From positions 1-63,802 of the forward strand of contig CALXJT010000003.1 in NCBI GenBank assembly GCA_944388695.1: DNA of 63,802 nt. Reading direction: 5' to 3'. The position numbers were made by a program, and so were the translations under genes. Source of the stretch: an uncultured Clostridia bacterium. Lineage in GTDB: Bacteria > Bacillota > Clostridia > TANB77 > CAG-508. How positions within the stretch are numbered: the stretch's first letter is position 1; each line of letters starts with the position of its first letter. The notes below the pieces were generated by a model. The model saw only the letters and a list, made by a program, of their open reading frames with translations, had not been told where the DNA came from and made no database searches. Shown here piece by piece: positions 40,814-51,188 of the stretch.

Positions 40814-41854
40814 TCAAATCTCATTAACATCCTTAACCTCAACCCCAGCATAAAAATGATGAATAATATCCTCTGCCGTACTACCTTGCTTTGCCATTGC
40901 ATCTGCCCCAGTTTGACTCATCCCAACACCATGACCATACCCCTTAACCGAAAAAGTTATTTTTCCATCACTTTGAGCAACCTCAAAATTTGCCGAGCGT
41001 AACCCCAACAAAGACCTAGTTTCCACCCCAGATATCTCATTATTTCCAAACTTTATAGTCTTAACCCTACCACTATCCGTATACTCTAAAATCTTAATAT
41101 CCTCCGTATTAGAAAAATCAATTGAAATATCCTCATATTTTGTTTTCAACTTCCCGATAAGTTCATCTTGTGTAAAAGTAGCCTCTGAAGCATATTGTGA
41201 ATACGCATCTTCTCCAGCAGTTTCTACAACCTGTAAATATGGATATCCACTACCACCCCAAACATTAATTGGCACTTCAGTTATCCCTCCACTATTAGAA
41301 TGAAAAAAAGCATTTATAGGTTCATTTTCATATGTTATTACTTTTCCTTCTGTATCATTAACAGCCTTCTCAATTTTTTCCCAATTACTTTCCCTCAAAT
41401 CCTCTTGCCATCTAGCAAGCCTATCCTCTTTAGAAATCCATGCTTGACAACAAGTAGAATCATCACAAATATCGCTATTATCATGTTTTTTATGATTAAT
41501 TTTATATATAGTATATGTCCTTGCAACTATTGCTTGAGCTTTAAGTGCTTCTAATTCATAATCTGCTGGCATTTCAGCTGATACTACATTACACAAATAC
41601 TCATCTAATTTCACCGTTTCTACTTCACCCGTTTTCGAATGTAAAAGTTGTAATGTCCCATATTGCTTATATTCATATTCTCCTTGATTCTCTGCTTGTT
41701 CTTTATTGCTTAAATCTTGGTTTGTATTCTCCTCTTGACTTTGTAATTGTTCTGATGTATCTGTAATTACATCTTTATCCCTCTTACTAAATAGCATTGG
41801 AAATATAAAAAAAATTAAAACGAAGCAACTAAAATAAATAACTATTTTTTTCAT
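40814..41854 (-). CDS. spoIID: stage II sporulation protein D (lytic transglycosylase)
   Basis: SpoIID/LytB-domain motifs ...ALKAQAIVARTY..., FHSNSGGITE and GYGHGVGMSQTGA. Confidence 0.9.
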   Translation of the reverse strand: MKKIVIYFSCFVLIFFIFPMLFSKRDKDVITDTSEQLQSQEENTNQDLSNKEQAENQGEYEYKQYGTLQLLHSKTGEVETVKLDEYLCNVVSAEMPADYELEALKAQAIVARTYTIYKINHKKHDNSDICDDSTCCQAWISKEDRLARWQEDLRESNWEKIEKAVNDTEGKVITYENEPINAFFHSNSGGITEVPINVWGGSGYPYLQVVETAGEDAYSQYASEATFTQDELIGKLKTKYEDISIDFSNTEDIKILEYTDSGRVKTIKFGNNEISGVETRSLLGLRSANFEVAQSDGKITFSVKGYGHGVGMSQTGADAMAKQGSTAEDIIHHFYAGVEVKDVNEI

Positions 41855-41875
41855 AAATATCTTCCTTTTTTAAGT

Positions 41876-42628
41876 TTATTTAGCAATTCTTACTTTCCCC
41901 ATAAATTTATTTCTCATTTTTTCTAAAACTCTTTTTTCTATCCTTGATACCTGAACTTGACTTATTCCCATTATTTGAGCTATTTGAGTTTGAGTTTTTT
42001 CTTTGTAAAACCTAAGTAAAATAACTTCTCTATCACTTGGTTCTAATTCGTTTATTACTTGTTTTAATACTATTTTATTTGTTATCTTTTCTTGCTCATC
42101 TTCTCCTGTTGAAATTTTTTCTATTAAAGAAATAGCCTTATCTCCATTATCTTTAGAATTCATCGCTCCTTCTATTGATTCAACAGGTTTTGAAGATTCT
42201 ATGGCAATTGCAACATCTTCTTTTGCGACCTTTAAAATTTTAGATATTTCTTCTATTGTAATTTCCTTTCCTTTATTTAATAAATATTGTCTTTGTAACT
42301 CTTTTATTTTTATATTTAATTCTTTAATACTTCTGCTAACTTTAATTGGTCCATCATCTCTTATAAATCGTTTTATTTCTCCTAAAATATATGGTACTGT
42401 ATATGTAGATAATTTAACTTCAAATGATGTATCAAATCTTTTTATGGATTTTATAAATCCCATACATCCAACTTGATATAAATCTTCTAATTCATATCCT
42501 CTATTTTTAAATCTTTTTACTATACTCCAAATAAGTCCATTGTTTTGCCTTATTAGTCTTTCTAGTGCAAATTTATCTCCTTCTTGAGCTTTTTGGATTG
42601 CTATATTATCATTTTCAAACATATTCAT
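41876..42628 (-). CDS. sigF: RNA polymerase sporulation sigma factor F
   Basis: Sigma-70 regions 2 to 4 (DLYQVGCMGFIKSIKRFD, ...QIAQIMGISQVQVSRIEKR). Immediately downstream of spoIIAB. Confidence 0.9.
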   Translation of the reverse strand: MNMFENDNIAIQKAQEGDKFALERLIRQNNGLIWSIVKRFKNRGYELEDLYQVGCMGFIKSIKRFDTSFEVKLSTYTVPYILGEIKRFIRDDGPIKVSRSIKELNIKIKELQRQYLLNKGKEITIEEISKILKVAKEDVAIAIESSKPVESIEGAMNSKDNGDKAISLIEKISTGEDEQEKITNKIVLKQVINELEPSDREVILLRFYKEKTQTQIAQIMGISQVQVSRIEKRVLEKMRNKFMGKVRIAK

Positions 42629-42637
42629 ACCCCTAAT

Positions 42638-43117
42638 TTATTCATTTGTAATAAATTGAAAAGAATCACTTTCTTTTTCTTCTTCTGGCTTTTTAATCTC
42701 TTTTCTCATTGTGATTTTAGTTCCTAATCCTACCACTGATTCGACATTCACACTATCCATAAAGCTTTCCATAATTGTAAATCCCATTCCAGATCTTTCT
42801 AGGTTTGGTTTTGTAGTATATAGTGGTTCTTTTGCCATTTCAATATTTTCAATTCCTTTTCCATGGTCTGATATTTCTATTAAAATTTCATTTTCTTTTA
42901 AACTTGCTTCCATTTTTACTATTCCTATTCTATTTTCATATCCATGAATAATACAGTTTGTGACTGCTTCTGAAACTGCTGTTTTTATATCTGCTAATTC
43001 TTCAATGGTTGGATCTAATTGAGAAGCAAATGCTGCAATCGTAATCCTTGCAAAGGCTTCATTTGCTGATTTGCTTAAAAATTCTACTTTCATTTCATTT
43101 TCAACTTGTTCTTTCAT
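42638..43117 (-). CDS. spoIIAB: anti-sigma F factor (serine kinase)
   Basis: HATPase_c motifs ([24 protein letters not shown]) in a 159-aa protein between spoIIAA and sigF. Confidence 0.9.
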   Translation of the reverse strand: MKEQVENEMKVEFLSKSANEAFARITIAAFASQLDPTIEELADIKTAVSEAVTNCIIHGYENRIGIVKMEASLKENEILIEISDHGKGIENIEMAKEPLYTTKPNLERSGMGFTIMESFMDSVNVESVVGLGTKITMRKEIKKPEEEKESDSFQFITNE

Positions 43118-43230
43118 ACCTCTTCCTACTTTTCTTCATATTTAGATTTTAAGGATTCTATAACCTTTTTTAGATGTTAAAGTTTCTGAAAAATACTATA
43201 CAATACTCTTTAAACCAATCTATCTCTTTT

Positions 43231-43560
43231 TTAAGATACTAAAGTTTCTGAAAAATCTGTGACTGGTATTAGTTTTAATATTCCACTCATCTCAAATATT
43301 TTTCGTACACTCTGTGTTAAATTTGCTAGTTCTAACTTTCCTCCAAGCATAGTAACAAATTTGTATCTGCCTATTATAAAACCTATTCCTGCACTGTCCA
43401 TGAAAGTAACACTATTAAAATCAAATACAACTCTTTTAGGCATATGTCTTTCAATCTCATAATCAACTCTCCTCCTTATCTTTTGAACACTATTATCATC
43501 AATTTCTTCTGTCATTTTTACTAATAATAGCTTGTCCTTTTCATAAAATTTAGTCTGCAT
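43231..43560 (-). CDS. spoIIAA: anti-sigma F factor antagonist (STAS domain)
   Basis: 109-aa STAS protein with the FMDSAGIG phosphorylation-site motif. Confidence 0.9.
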   Translation of the reverse strand: MQTKFYEKDKLLLVKMTEEIDDNSVQKIRRRVDYEIERHMPKRVVFDFNSVTFMDSAGIGFIIGRYKFVTMLGGKLELANLTQSVRKIFEMSGILKLIPVTDFSETLVS

Positions 43561-43749
43561 TTTTATCTTCCTTTCTCGTATAATATGTGTAAGATTTTAT
43601 TTAAATCTTCAGGATAAAATTAATTTTTACATCTTTTAATTTTTTCCTCATTTTTCTTAATAATTATAGCCCTATTTACAATATTTTCCAAGAGTAAAAA
43701 ATAAGAAGTTTTGTCGAATTGTAAGAACTTTTCGACAAAACTTCTTTTT

Positions 43750-44349
43750 TTATTCATCTTCCATTCCATTATATTCATATTCATAGTTATCTAAATCTTC
43801 TAGTATATCTTTATTAATTTCTTCTTTAACTTCCTTTTCTACTTCTCGTTTTTTAACTTCATCTTTTTTCTCTTCATTATTTTCTTTCTTTTCTCTTTTC
43901 TTCATTGCCTGTATTACCTTTTCTGTTTCTTCTTTTTTATTTTGAATACATTTATTTATCATATTATTTGCCTTTTCCATTAAATCTGGTACATAATCTA
44001 ATAATTTGTCAATGCTAGAAGTATGGTCAACTGGCATTAATTTTACATTTTCTTGAGTAATTACTAAAAAAGCAATTGGTTGGATGCTAACTCCCGCTCC
44101 AGCTCCTCCTCCAAATGGTAATCTATATTGTACTTTTTCTTCTTTATCTACTTTTTTATATTCATCTATTGTTTCTCCTTTGAATTCACTTCCACCAGCA
44201 GCAAATCCAAAAGAAACCTTTGATATTGGTATAATTACTATATTATTTGAAGTTTCTATCGGATCACCTATTATTGTATTTACATCAATCATATCTTGAA
44301 TACTATTCATAGCTGTAGTCATAAGACCTTCTATTGGATGTTCGCTCAT
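43750..44349 (-). CDS. gerW: sporulation/germination protein GerW (YtfJ family) with Lys/Glu-rich C-terminal extension
   Basis: MSEHPIEGLMTTAMNSIQDMIDVNTIIGDPIET...ISKVSFGFAAGGSEF...PFGGGAGAGVSIQPIAFLVI matches YtfJ/GerW. Confidence 0.8.
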   Translation of the reverse strand: MSEHPIEGLMTTAMNSIQDMIDVNTIIGDPIETSNNIVIIPISKVSFGFAAGGSEFKGETIDEYKKVDKEEKVQYRLPFGGGAGAGVSIQPIAFLVITQENVKLMPVDHTSSIDKLLDYVPDLMEKANNMINKCIQNKKEETEKVIQAMKKREKKENNEEKKDEVKKREVEKEVKEEINKDILEDLDNYEYEYNGMEDE

Positions 44350-44998
44350 TCTCTTCCACTCTCCTTTTCTTTTTTTCTATACATATTGTATTTATAATAT
44401 GTATCATTTTTATTTCAAATATACCATTAAATTGTAAATCGATGAAATTTTCATCTCCATATTTAGGCATTATTTTGAAATATTGTTTAGTATTTTTTGT
44501 AGAATATTTTTTTAGAATAAATGAAATTATTATAGATATTATAAATACTACTGTAGATGTTAAAATTACATTTTCTATTCCTATATGAATCTTTAATTCA
44601 AATCTTTTTAATTCTGTTTGTAAATTATTTATTATCTCTAGTATATCTAAATCTATTTTATTTTCATTTCTAATGATTTTTCCCTTTAAATCTTGCCATT
44701 TTGTTACTTTCTCTATTTTCTTCATCATTTTTGGAGAGATTGATATTTTGAATATTGGAACTTTATAAAAAATATAAATTATTACTGATATTTTATAATT
44801 TATATTTTTTATCTTTTTTTCTAATGATAAATTCATTTTTATTTCTTCTATATTAAATTTTATTTTAATTGTAAAAATAGCTAAAATTAGTAATAATATA
44901 ATTAGCATTATAAAAAGAAAAACCAACAGCATCACCTTCTTTTTGCGATTTACTGTTAGTTTTTCCATTTTTTTATAAATTAAACATTTTAACTTCAT
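44303..44998 (-). CDS. membrane protein, YtfI-like (DUF2953-type) by context
   Basis: N-terminal TM; lies directly upstream of and overlapping gerW, as in the ytfI-ytfJ arrangement. The start codon is uncertain. Confidence 0.4.
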   Translation of the reverse strand: MKLKCLIYKKMEKLTVNRKKKVMLLVFLFIMLIILLLILAIFTIKIKFNIEEIKMNLSLEKKIKNINYKISVIIYIFYKVPIFKISISPKMMKKIEKVTKWQDLKGKIIRNENKIDLDILEIINNLQTELKRFELKIHIGIENVILTSTVVFIISIIISFILKKYSTKNTKQYFKIMPKYGDENFIDLQFNGIFEIKMIHIINTICIEKKKRRVEENERTSNRRSYDYSYE

Positions 44999-45188
44999 AT
45001 TTTAAGCTTTTTTATTCTGCTACTGTTTTTATGCTAAATGTATTTCTCATTATATCTTTCAATATTTTTTACCCTCTTTGAATATCTCTTTTTATATATC
45101 TTTTTATATCTCTTTATATATATCTTTTAACATCTTTTTGTATCTTTTTGCTTCAATACTTTTTAACTATGCTGAATGTTAAATTTTT

Positions 45189-45947
45189 TTAATTATTTGA
45201 TTTCTTCTTTTTCTCTACAATAATATCGCCAAATAATTCTTCTTGACTTGTATTTACCTTTTCTCTTCTTGATAATTCTAGTAATCCACTAAATGCTGTT
45301 ACAACTTCTTGTTTTTCGTGTTGTTTCAATGAAAATAATTTATTAAATATAAATTTTTTTTGATGAACTAAAACTTTTATCATTTCTTTTACTTTACTTG
45401 CAACTGTATAATTATCTACTAATGCTATTTTTTCAATATTTTTAGCATCTTTATTTAATCTAACACTTGTTCTTTCAACAATTTCTTTATATAACTCTGG
45501 AATAACATTTTTATCATATTCAACTTCAAGTTTTTGTTTTGGTAATTCAATTTTTTCTTGATTTTTTGAATATCTATTACAATTTTTTTCATAATTTTGA
45601 CGGAATATTTTACTCATATCTTTAAATTTCTTATATTCAATTATTCTTCTAATTAATTCTTCTTCTGTTAGCTCTTCTGTTTCTTCTTCTTGTTTTGGTA
45701 ATAACTTTTTGGATTTTATATATAATAGTGTTGATGCCATTAGTAAAAATTCACTTGCTATTTCTAAATTTAATTTTTCCATTTCTTCTAAATAGTTTAT
45801 GTATTGCTCTGTTATCTCTTCTATTTTTATATCATATATATCCATTTTATTTTTTTCTATAAAATATAATAATAAGTCAATTGGTCCTTCAAAATTATCT
45901 ATTTTTATTGCATATTTTTTACTTTCTAATGTTAATATTCCAGCCAT
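45189..45947 (-). CDS. scpA: segregation and condensation protein A
   Basis: IKIDNFEGPIDLLLYFIEKNKMDIYDIKIEEITEQYINYL is the ScpA signature N-terminus. Confidence 0.9.
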   Translation of the reverse strand: MAGILTLESKKYAIKIDNFEGPIDLLLYFIEKNKMDIYDIKIEEITEQYINYLEEMEKLNLEIASEFLLMASTLLYIKSKKLLPKQEEETEELTEEELIRRIIEYKKFKDMSKIFRQNYEKNCNRYSKNQEKIELPKQKLEVEYDKNVIPELYKEIVERTSVRLNKDAKNIEKIALVDNYTVASKVKEMIKVLVHQKKFIFNKLFSLKQHEKQEVVTAFSGLLELSRREKVNTSQEELFGDIIVEKKKKSNN

Positions 45948-46397
45948 TTATTTTTCTTCCTCCATTGCTATTTTTATATTTTCTGATGAATATCCTTTTT
46001 TTAGTAAGTATTGTTTTATCTCTTCTGGCTCCATTGTTGTTATTTTTTTATTATATATGTTATATGCTGATTTTTGTTCATATTCATCTAAAACTTCACT
46101 ATTTTCATAGAAATAGTCTTCTATATCATCTTTTTTTATCCCTTTTGTCATTAATTTATATTGAATCTCTCTTTTAGATAAATTTTTTAAGATTTTCATA
46201 TTATTAATAGTTTTTTCAATATATTCTTTGTCATTTATGTATCCTGCTTCTTTTAAATATTCTATAATCTCTTCTAATAAATCTTCTGTATATATTTTAG
46301 AAAATTTATTTTTTATCTCTGATTCTGTTCTTCTTTTATATAATATATATTTTAATACTTTTGTTTTTGCTTCATCAAATTCTTCTATGCTATACAT
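45948..46397 (-). CDS. recX: recombination regulator RecX
   Basis: 149-aa helical-repeat protein immediately downstream of recA; ...LKYILYKRRTESEIKNKF... has a RecX-like repeat pattern. Confidence 0.7.
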   Translation of the reverse strand: MYSIEEFDEAKTKVLKYILYKRRTESEIKNKFSKIYTEDLLEEIIEYLKEAGYINDKEYIEKTINNMKILKNLSKREIQYKLMTKGIKKDDIEDYFYENSEVLDEYEQKSAYNIYNKKITTMEPEEIKQYLLKKGYSSENIKIAMEEEK

Positions 46398-46468
46398 ATT
46401 TCTCCTTTTTTATAAAATTATTTTCTCTATTATATCTTGTATGTAATATGAAAAGTCGAAGATGAAGA

Positions 46469-47533
46469 TTATTCTTCATCTTCTTCAATTTCCTCGTCGT
46501 CTTCCATTTCTGGTAATTCTTCTCCTAAACTTTGTTCAAATGCTTTTGCGAAATTATCTCTTACTTTCTTTTCTACATCTTCCATTATTTTTGGATTTTC
46601 TTTTAGATATTTTTTGACATTCTCTCTTCCTTGTCCTATTCTTTCTCCATTATAACTGAACCAAGAACCACTCTTTTCTATTATATCAAGGTTTACTGCC
46701 ATGTCTAATACATTTCCTTCTTTTGATATTCCTTCACCATATACTATATCAAATTCTGCTTCTCTGAATGGTGGTGCTACCTTATTTTTTACAACTTTTA
46801 CTCTTACTCTATTTCCTTTTACTTCTCCATCTTGTTTAATATTTTCTGTTTTTCTTATATCCATACGAACTGATGCATAGAATTTTAATGCTCTACCTCC
46901 TGTTGTTGTTTCTGGATTTCCAAACATAACTCCTATTTTTTCTCTTAATTGATTTATGAATATTAATACTGTTTTAGATTTATTTAATGCTCCAGCTAAT
47001 TTTCTTAATGCTTGTGACATTAATCTTGCTTGTAGTCCCATATGAGAATCTCCCATATCTCCATCTATTTCTGCTTTTGGAACTAATGCTGCAACTGAAT
47101 CTACTACTATTACATCTAATGCACCACTTCTAACAAGACTTTCTGTAATCTCTAATGCTTGTTCTCCTGTATCTGGTTGAGATACTATTAAATCATCTAT
47201 ATTAACACCTAATTTTTTTGCATATATTGGGTCTAATGCATGTTCAGCATCTATAAAAGCTGCTTCTCCTCCCATTTTTTGTGCTTCTGCTACTACATGT
47301 AATGCAAGAGTTGTTTTTCCTGATGACTCTGGTCCATATATTTCTATTATTCTTCCTCTAGGAACTCCTCCTATACCCAATGCTATATCCAGACTTAATG
47401 CTCCTGTTGGTATAGCTTCTACTTCCATTGCTTTGAATTCTCCTAATTTCATTACTGAACCTTTTCCAAATTGTTTTTCTATTTGGCTCATTGCAGCCTC
47501 TAATGCTTTTCTTTTTTCTGAATTTTCTCCCAT
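46469..47533 (-). CDS. recA: recombinase RecA
   Basis: [23 protein letters not shown]..., Walker [10 protein letters not shown], and the L1/L2 regions. Confidence 0.98.
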   Translation of the reverse strand: MGENSEKRKALEAAMSQIEKQFGKGSVMKLGEFKAMEVEAIPTGALSLDIALGIGGVPRGRIIEIYGPESSGKTTLALHVVAEAQKMGGEAAFIDAEHALDPIYAKKLGVNIDDLIVSQPDTGEQALEITESLVRSGALDVIVVDSVAALVPKAEIDGDMGDSHMGLQARLMSQALRKLAGALNKSKTVLIFINQLREKIGVMFGNPETTTGGRALKFYASVRMDIRKTENIKQDGEVKGNRVRVKVVKNKVAPPFREAEFDIVYGEGISKEGNVLDMAVNLDIIEKSGSWFSYNGERIGQGRENVKKYLKENPKIMEDVEKKVRDNFAKAFEQSLGEELPEMEDDEEIEEDEE

Positions 47534-47588
47534 TTATATTTCCTCCTATTCACCTTTTGTTATTTATGAACTTTTGTTTGATGTAATC

Positions 47589-47616
47589 ATTATACACCAA
47601 ATTTTTGTTTTGTCAA
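47589..47616 (-). promoter_or_regulatory. sigma-A-type promoter of recA
   Basis: TTGACA (rc of 47611-47616), 16-nt spacer, TATAAT (rc of 47589-47594). Confidence 0.5.
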
Positions 47617-47660
47617 TACTTTTATAAAATTTTATTTTTATGATATTTCAAACCATTTTT

Positions 47661-49232
47661 TTATTTATACCATTCTTCTATATGATTAAATATGTTATAC
47701 CATGTTGGGTTTACTTCTCCTACTAATTCTGTGCTATATGCTGTTATGAATTTATTATTATATAAGCTTAAATATGGTACTTCTGTTTTATATATTTCTG
47801 CAAGTCTTTTATATCTTTCGACTAGGACTGCTTCATCTGTTGTATTTTTTACTTCATTCATTATGGATGTTACTTCATCATTAACATAGTTTGCTAGATT
47901 ATTTCCTCCAAAAAATGTTGTTAAATCTGGGCTTAATGATAAATTTATGCTACATAGTATCATATCATAATTTTTTTGTGTTAAATAATTACTGTATTCT
48001 GTGTCATTTGCCTGTATAATATTTACTTTAATTCCTTGATTTGATAATTGTTGTTGTATATTTTGGGCTACTGCAACTCTTGTTTGGTCACTCGCTTTTA
48101 CAACTAAATTTAATTCTAGTCTTTGTGTTCTTCTATTTTCAGTTTTTTGCCAAGTATTATTTCTAAATACCCATCCACTATCTTGTAAAATTTGTTTTGC
48201 TTGGTCTGGATTATATCCTGAACTTGAATCTTGTTCTTGATATGTCCAGCTTCCATAATCTAATGGAAAACTTGATGTTAAATATCTATTATTAAAAATA
48301 CTTGATACTATATTTGTTTTGTCTATTGAGTAAGAAATCGCTTTTCTTACTTCTGATTTAGATAGTAATGTACTTTGTGTGTTGAATGCTATAAAATCAT
48401 GTTCCCTTCCCTTTTTTTCTTTTGAAGCATACCCTATTGTTCCTATGTAATCCTGTAAATTACTATTTTGTGTTGCAACTACATCTATATTTCCTGTTTT
48501 AAAGCTATTATACATTTCCCCTATTGATGAGTATAAATTAACTGTTATTTTAGTCAATGTTAAATTTTTTGATGAATCCCACCAATTATTATTTGGAACT
48601 AATGTTAGATATGAACTTTGTGTTTCTGATACTTTATACATTCCTGTTCCTATTGGAACTATGTCTGTTGTAAAAGTTTTATCTAAATAATATTGGCTTG
48701 ACATTATTGGGAAAGTTAGATTATATTCAAAAAAAGGTACTTCTTGGTCTAAATAAAATCTTATTGTATAATCATCTACAATTTCTAGACTTGATACATG
48801 TTGCACATTACTAGTATATATTGAATTTGTTGATTTTAATTGGTCTATTGTGAATTTTACATCATCTGCAATAAATTTTTCTCCATCTGACCACTTTATA
48901 TTATCTTTTAATTTTACTAAATATGTTGTTTCTGACTGTTTTGCCCATTCTTCTGCAAGACAACTTTCTAATTTGTAGTCATCTGTTAATGTAAATAATG
49001 GTTCGTAAATTAATTTTGTTATATCTTGCACATTTTTATTTTGGCTTAATATTGGATTAATCGTATCTAATGATGCTATTCCTAATGTTATTTCTGTTGT
49101 TTTAACTTCTTCTATATTCTGATTTTCTTCTTGATTTATTTCTTTCTCATCTGATTTTATTTTATATACTGCAAAAATCATAATCGCTATTACAAATATA
49201 ATAAAAAAATACTTAAAAATATTTGATTTCAT
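47661..49232 (-). CDS. ABC transporter substrate-binding protein, family 5 (peptide/nickel type), orphan
   Basis: N-terminal anchor; KIKWSDGEKFIADDVKFT and other SBP_bac_5-like segments. No permease or ATPase genes are adjacent. Confidence 0.75.
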   Translation of the reverse strand: MKSNIFKYFFIIFVIAIMIFAVYKIKSDEKEINQEENQNIEEVKTTEITLGIASLDTINPILSQNKNVQDITKLIYEPLFTLTDDYKLESCLAEEWAKQSETTYLVKLKDNIKWSDGEKFIADDVKFTIDQLKSTNSIYTSNVQHVSSLEIVDDYTIRFYLDQEVPFFEYNLTFPIMSSQYYLDKTFTTDIVPIGTGMYKVSETQSSYLTLVPNNNWWDSSKNLTLTKITVNLYSSIGEMYNSFKTGNIDVVATQNSNLQDYIGTIGYASKEKKGREHDFIAFNTQSTLLSKSEVRKAISYSIDKTNIVSSIFNNRYLTSSFPLDYGSWTYQEQDSSSGYNPDQAKQILQDSGWVFRNNTWQKTENRRTQRLELNLVVKASDQTRVAVAQNIQQQLSNQGIKVNIIQANDTEYSNYLTQKNYDMILCSINLSLSPDLTTFFGGNNLANYVNDEVTSIMNEVKNTTDEAVLVERYKRLAEIYKTEVPYLSLYNNKFITAYSTELVGEVNPTWYNIFNHIEEWYK

Positions 49233-49578
49233 ATTCCACCTCTATCACATTGCTATCATACATTATTTTTTTTAATTTTTCAAGATTTTTATTGAAAAAT
49301 TTGATTTACAATTGACCTTTATAATTTATCTCTTTTTAATCTTACATGCTCTTAATCCATAGTTGGATTTGATTTTGAATCTTAAATTTTTAATCTTTAA
49401 TTTTAAATCTTAATTTTTAAATCTTAATTTTTAAATTGTTCATTAAAATAAATAATTTAAATCTCTTTTATATACAATTGAATAGAATACTTGTATATTT
49501 TATTTAAAAATAGCTTTATAAAAAATAAGAAATAGTGAATATCTTTGTATTTAAAATATCCACCATTTCTTCATTTTT

Positions 49579-50085
49579 TTAATATACCTTTTCGATTAAG
49601 GTATATTCTTTCAGCTGGACAGAATAATCAACGGCGATTTTCCAGAGATTGTATACACTGTCATTTTCTTTCTTTCTGAAATATGCTTTCTTTTTGTTAT
49701 GCAGTAAAGTCAGCATATTTCTCTGGAGAATCAGCTTTAAAGCGTTTTTTTCCAGATTTTCTTCTGAAAGCACTCCATATTTTTCTTTAAAAAGGTCTCG
49801 ATAATGTCCAGTTTTCAGTACAATCTCCATTGCTACGCTTCGTGGGCTTAATTCATAATATGGAATCATTTTTCCATTTTCTAAAATGAATAATACTTCG
49901 CTATAGAACAGTTCTATTGATGTTGTGAACTCATCCTTCTCTAGCCTGTATGGTATTTCCCGAAAAGTTGGAAATCCATTAATAACCCAACGAATATTAA
50001 GGTTTGGATTGTTATTTTCTTTTAAATATTCTCTTACTCGCTCTTCATATTCTTCTGCCCGCCGTTTTCTTGTCATTGTTTCCAT
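49579..50085 (-). CDS. hypothetical protein (168 aa), paralog of 50328..50852
   Basis: Shares the blocks NG.P.F.E, .FIL..G, SP..VAM.I and LWK.AV with the neighbouring gene. Visibly higher G+C than its surroundings; three in-frame CGG codons. Confidence 0.6.
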   Translation of the reverse strand: METMTRKRRAEEYEERVREYLKENNNPNLNIRWVINGFPTFREIPYRLEKDEFTTSIELFYSEVLFILENGKMIPYYELSPRSVAMEIVLKTGHYRDLFKEKYGVLSEENLEKNALKLILQRNMLTLLHNKKKAYFRKKENDSVYNLWKIAVDYSVQLKEYTLIEKVY

Positions 50086-50215
50086 ATTTCCTTCCTTTCA
50101 AAAAAATGAAAAGACATACAACATGTTACTATCTGATAATAACATATTTTTTAAAATTTGTAAACATAATTTTTCAAAATATGTTCATCTTATTTAAAAT
50201 TTTTAAGAATATGAT

Positions 50216-50251
50216 TTTTCGAACGAAATGGCGTGTCCCCAATGTTCGACA
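50216..50251. repeat. family B palindromic element, single half-copy
   Basis: TTTTTCGAACGAAATGGCGTGTCCCCAATGTTCGAC matches the right arm of the 13006-13078 dyad. Confidence 0.7.
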
Positions 50252-50254
50252 AAA

Positions 50255-50285
50255 GAAAATCCAGCTTTAGGAAAGCTGGATTTTC
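50255..50285 (-). terminator. rho-independent terminator of 50328..50852
   Basis: GAAAATCCAGCTTT (50255-50268) / AAAGCTGGATTTTC (50272-50285), a 14-bp perfect stem with a 3-nt loop and U-run on the minus strand. Confidence 0.8.
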
Positions 50286-50327
50286 TTGGCATTCTTTATT
50301 TTCTAATATCAAATGCCCAAAATTAAA

Positions 50328-50852
50328 TTAGAATTCCATATGTGCATCCAGATCTTCTGCCTTATTGTCCATTTCCACAAGATTGTATCCGTCGAATAAA
50401 TCAGAATTTCTTACTGCATATTTCCACAGACCTTCTTCATAAGAAGTAAATGCCCCTGCGTATTTTGAATGATATACTTCTTTTTTATCTGCGTCGAAGT
50501 ATAAAGCAGAAGCATATCTTACTAAAAATTCCAGTGCATATTCTCTCAATGAATCTTTTTCATATCTCGCCATGAAATATTTAGTATACTGAACGTTCCC
50601 TTTGATAATATCCATCGCTACTTCTGCCGGACTTTCTTCGGTCTTGAGAATGATTGAGCCATCACTCAAGATAAAGACTATGTCCTCTGGCTTAAAGCTT
50701 TTCTCAAAGGTATCGTTCTCCTGGTACTCAAAGCCGCATTCTTCAAAAATCGGTGTGCCGTTACATTTTCTACTGAAATGAAGTTTTTTGGTTGGGTTTT
50801 CACTTACGTAATCTTCTACGTTTTTTAAGTAGTTCCGTGTTCTTTCTTTCAT
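50328..50852 (-). CDS. hypothetical protein (174 aa), paralog of 49579..50085
   Basis: See 49579..50085. AGAAAGGAAC RBS; its own terminator; in-frame CGG at codon 6. Confidence 0.6.
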   Translation of the reverse strand: MKERTRNYLKNVEDYVSENPTKKLHFSRKCNGTPIFEECGFEYQENDTFEKSFKPEDIVFILSDGSIILKTEESPAEVAMDIIKGNVQYTKYFMARYEKDSLREYALEFLVRYASALYFDADKKEVYHSKYAGAFTSYEEGLWKYAVRNSDLFDGYNLVEMDNKAEDLDAHMEF

Positions 50853-51188
50853 ATGGTTCCTTTCTTTCTACCATAATCTGGTAGTACCTATTTATAGTCG
50901 CTGGTAAGCGATAATATAAGTATTTTATCATATAAATATATATTTGTAAATACATGTATACATAATTCGTTAATATTTATCTAATCATATGATTATTATT
51001 CTATATTATTATATTCTATATTATTGTTCTATATTATTATTTTAGATTATTATTAAATCTTTTTCTTAAAAATTTATTCTTTCTTTTTATTTTATATCAT
51101 AATATATAGATTGCCTTCACATTTTGCATTAATATCTCATTTTACAATTAAGATAAAATACTTTATTATTAATCAGAATCTATTTTTT

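Noticed and set aside
44999-45188. Absence of scpB directly downstream of scpA.
   Set aside because: There is only a 190-bp gap before the ytfI-like gene. scpB may simply be encoded elsewhere, and nothing in the sequence suggests decay.
47568-47579. GAACTTTTGTTT in the recA leader as a LexA operator.
   Set aside because: It is only a near match to GAAC-N4-GTTC (last base differs). No comparable box was found upstream of lexA itself (39296-39400). Too weak to report as a feature.
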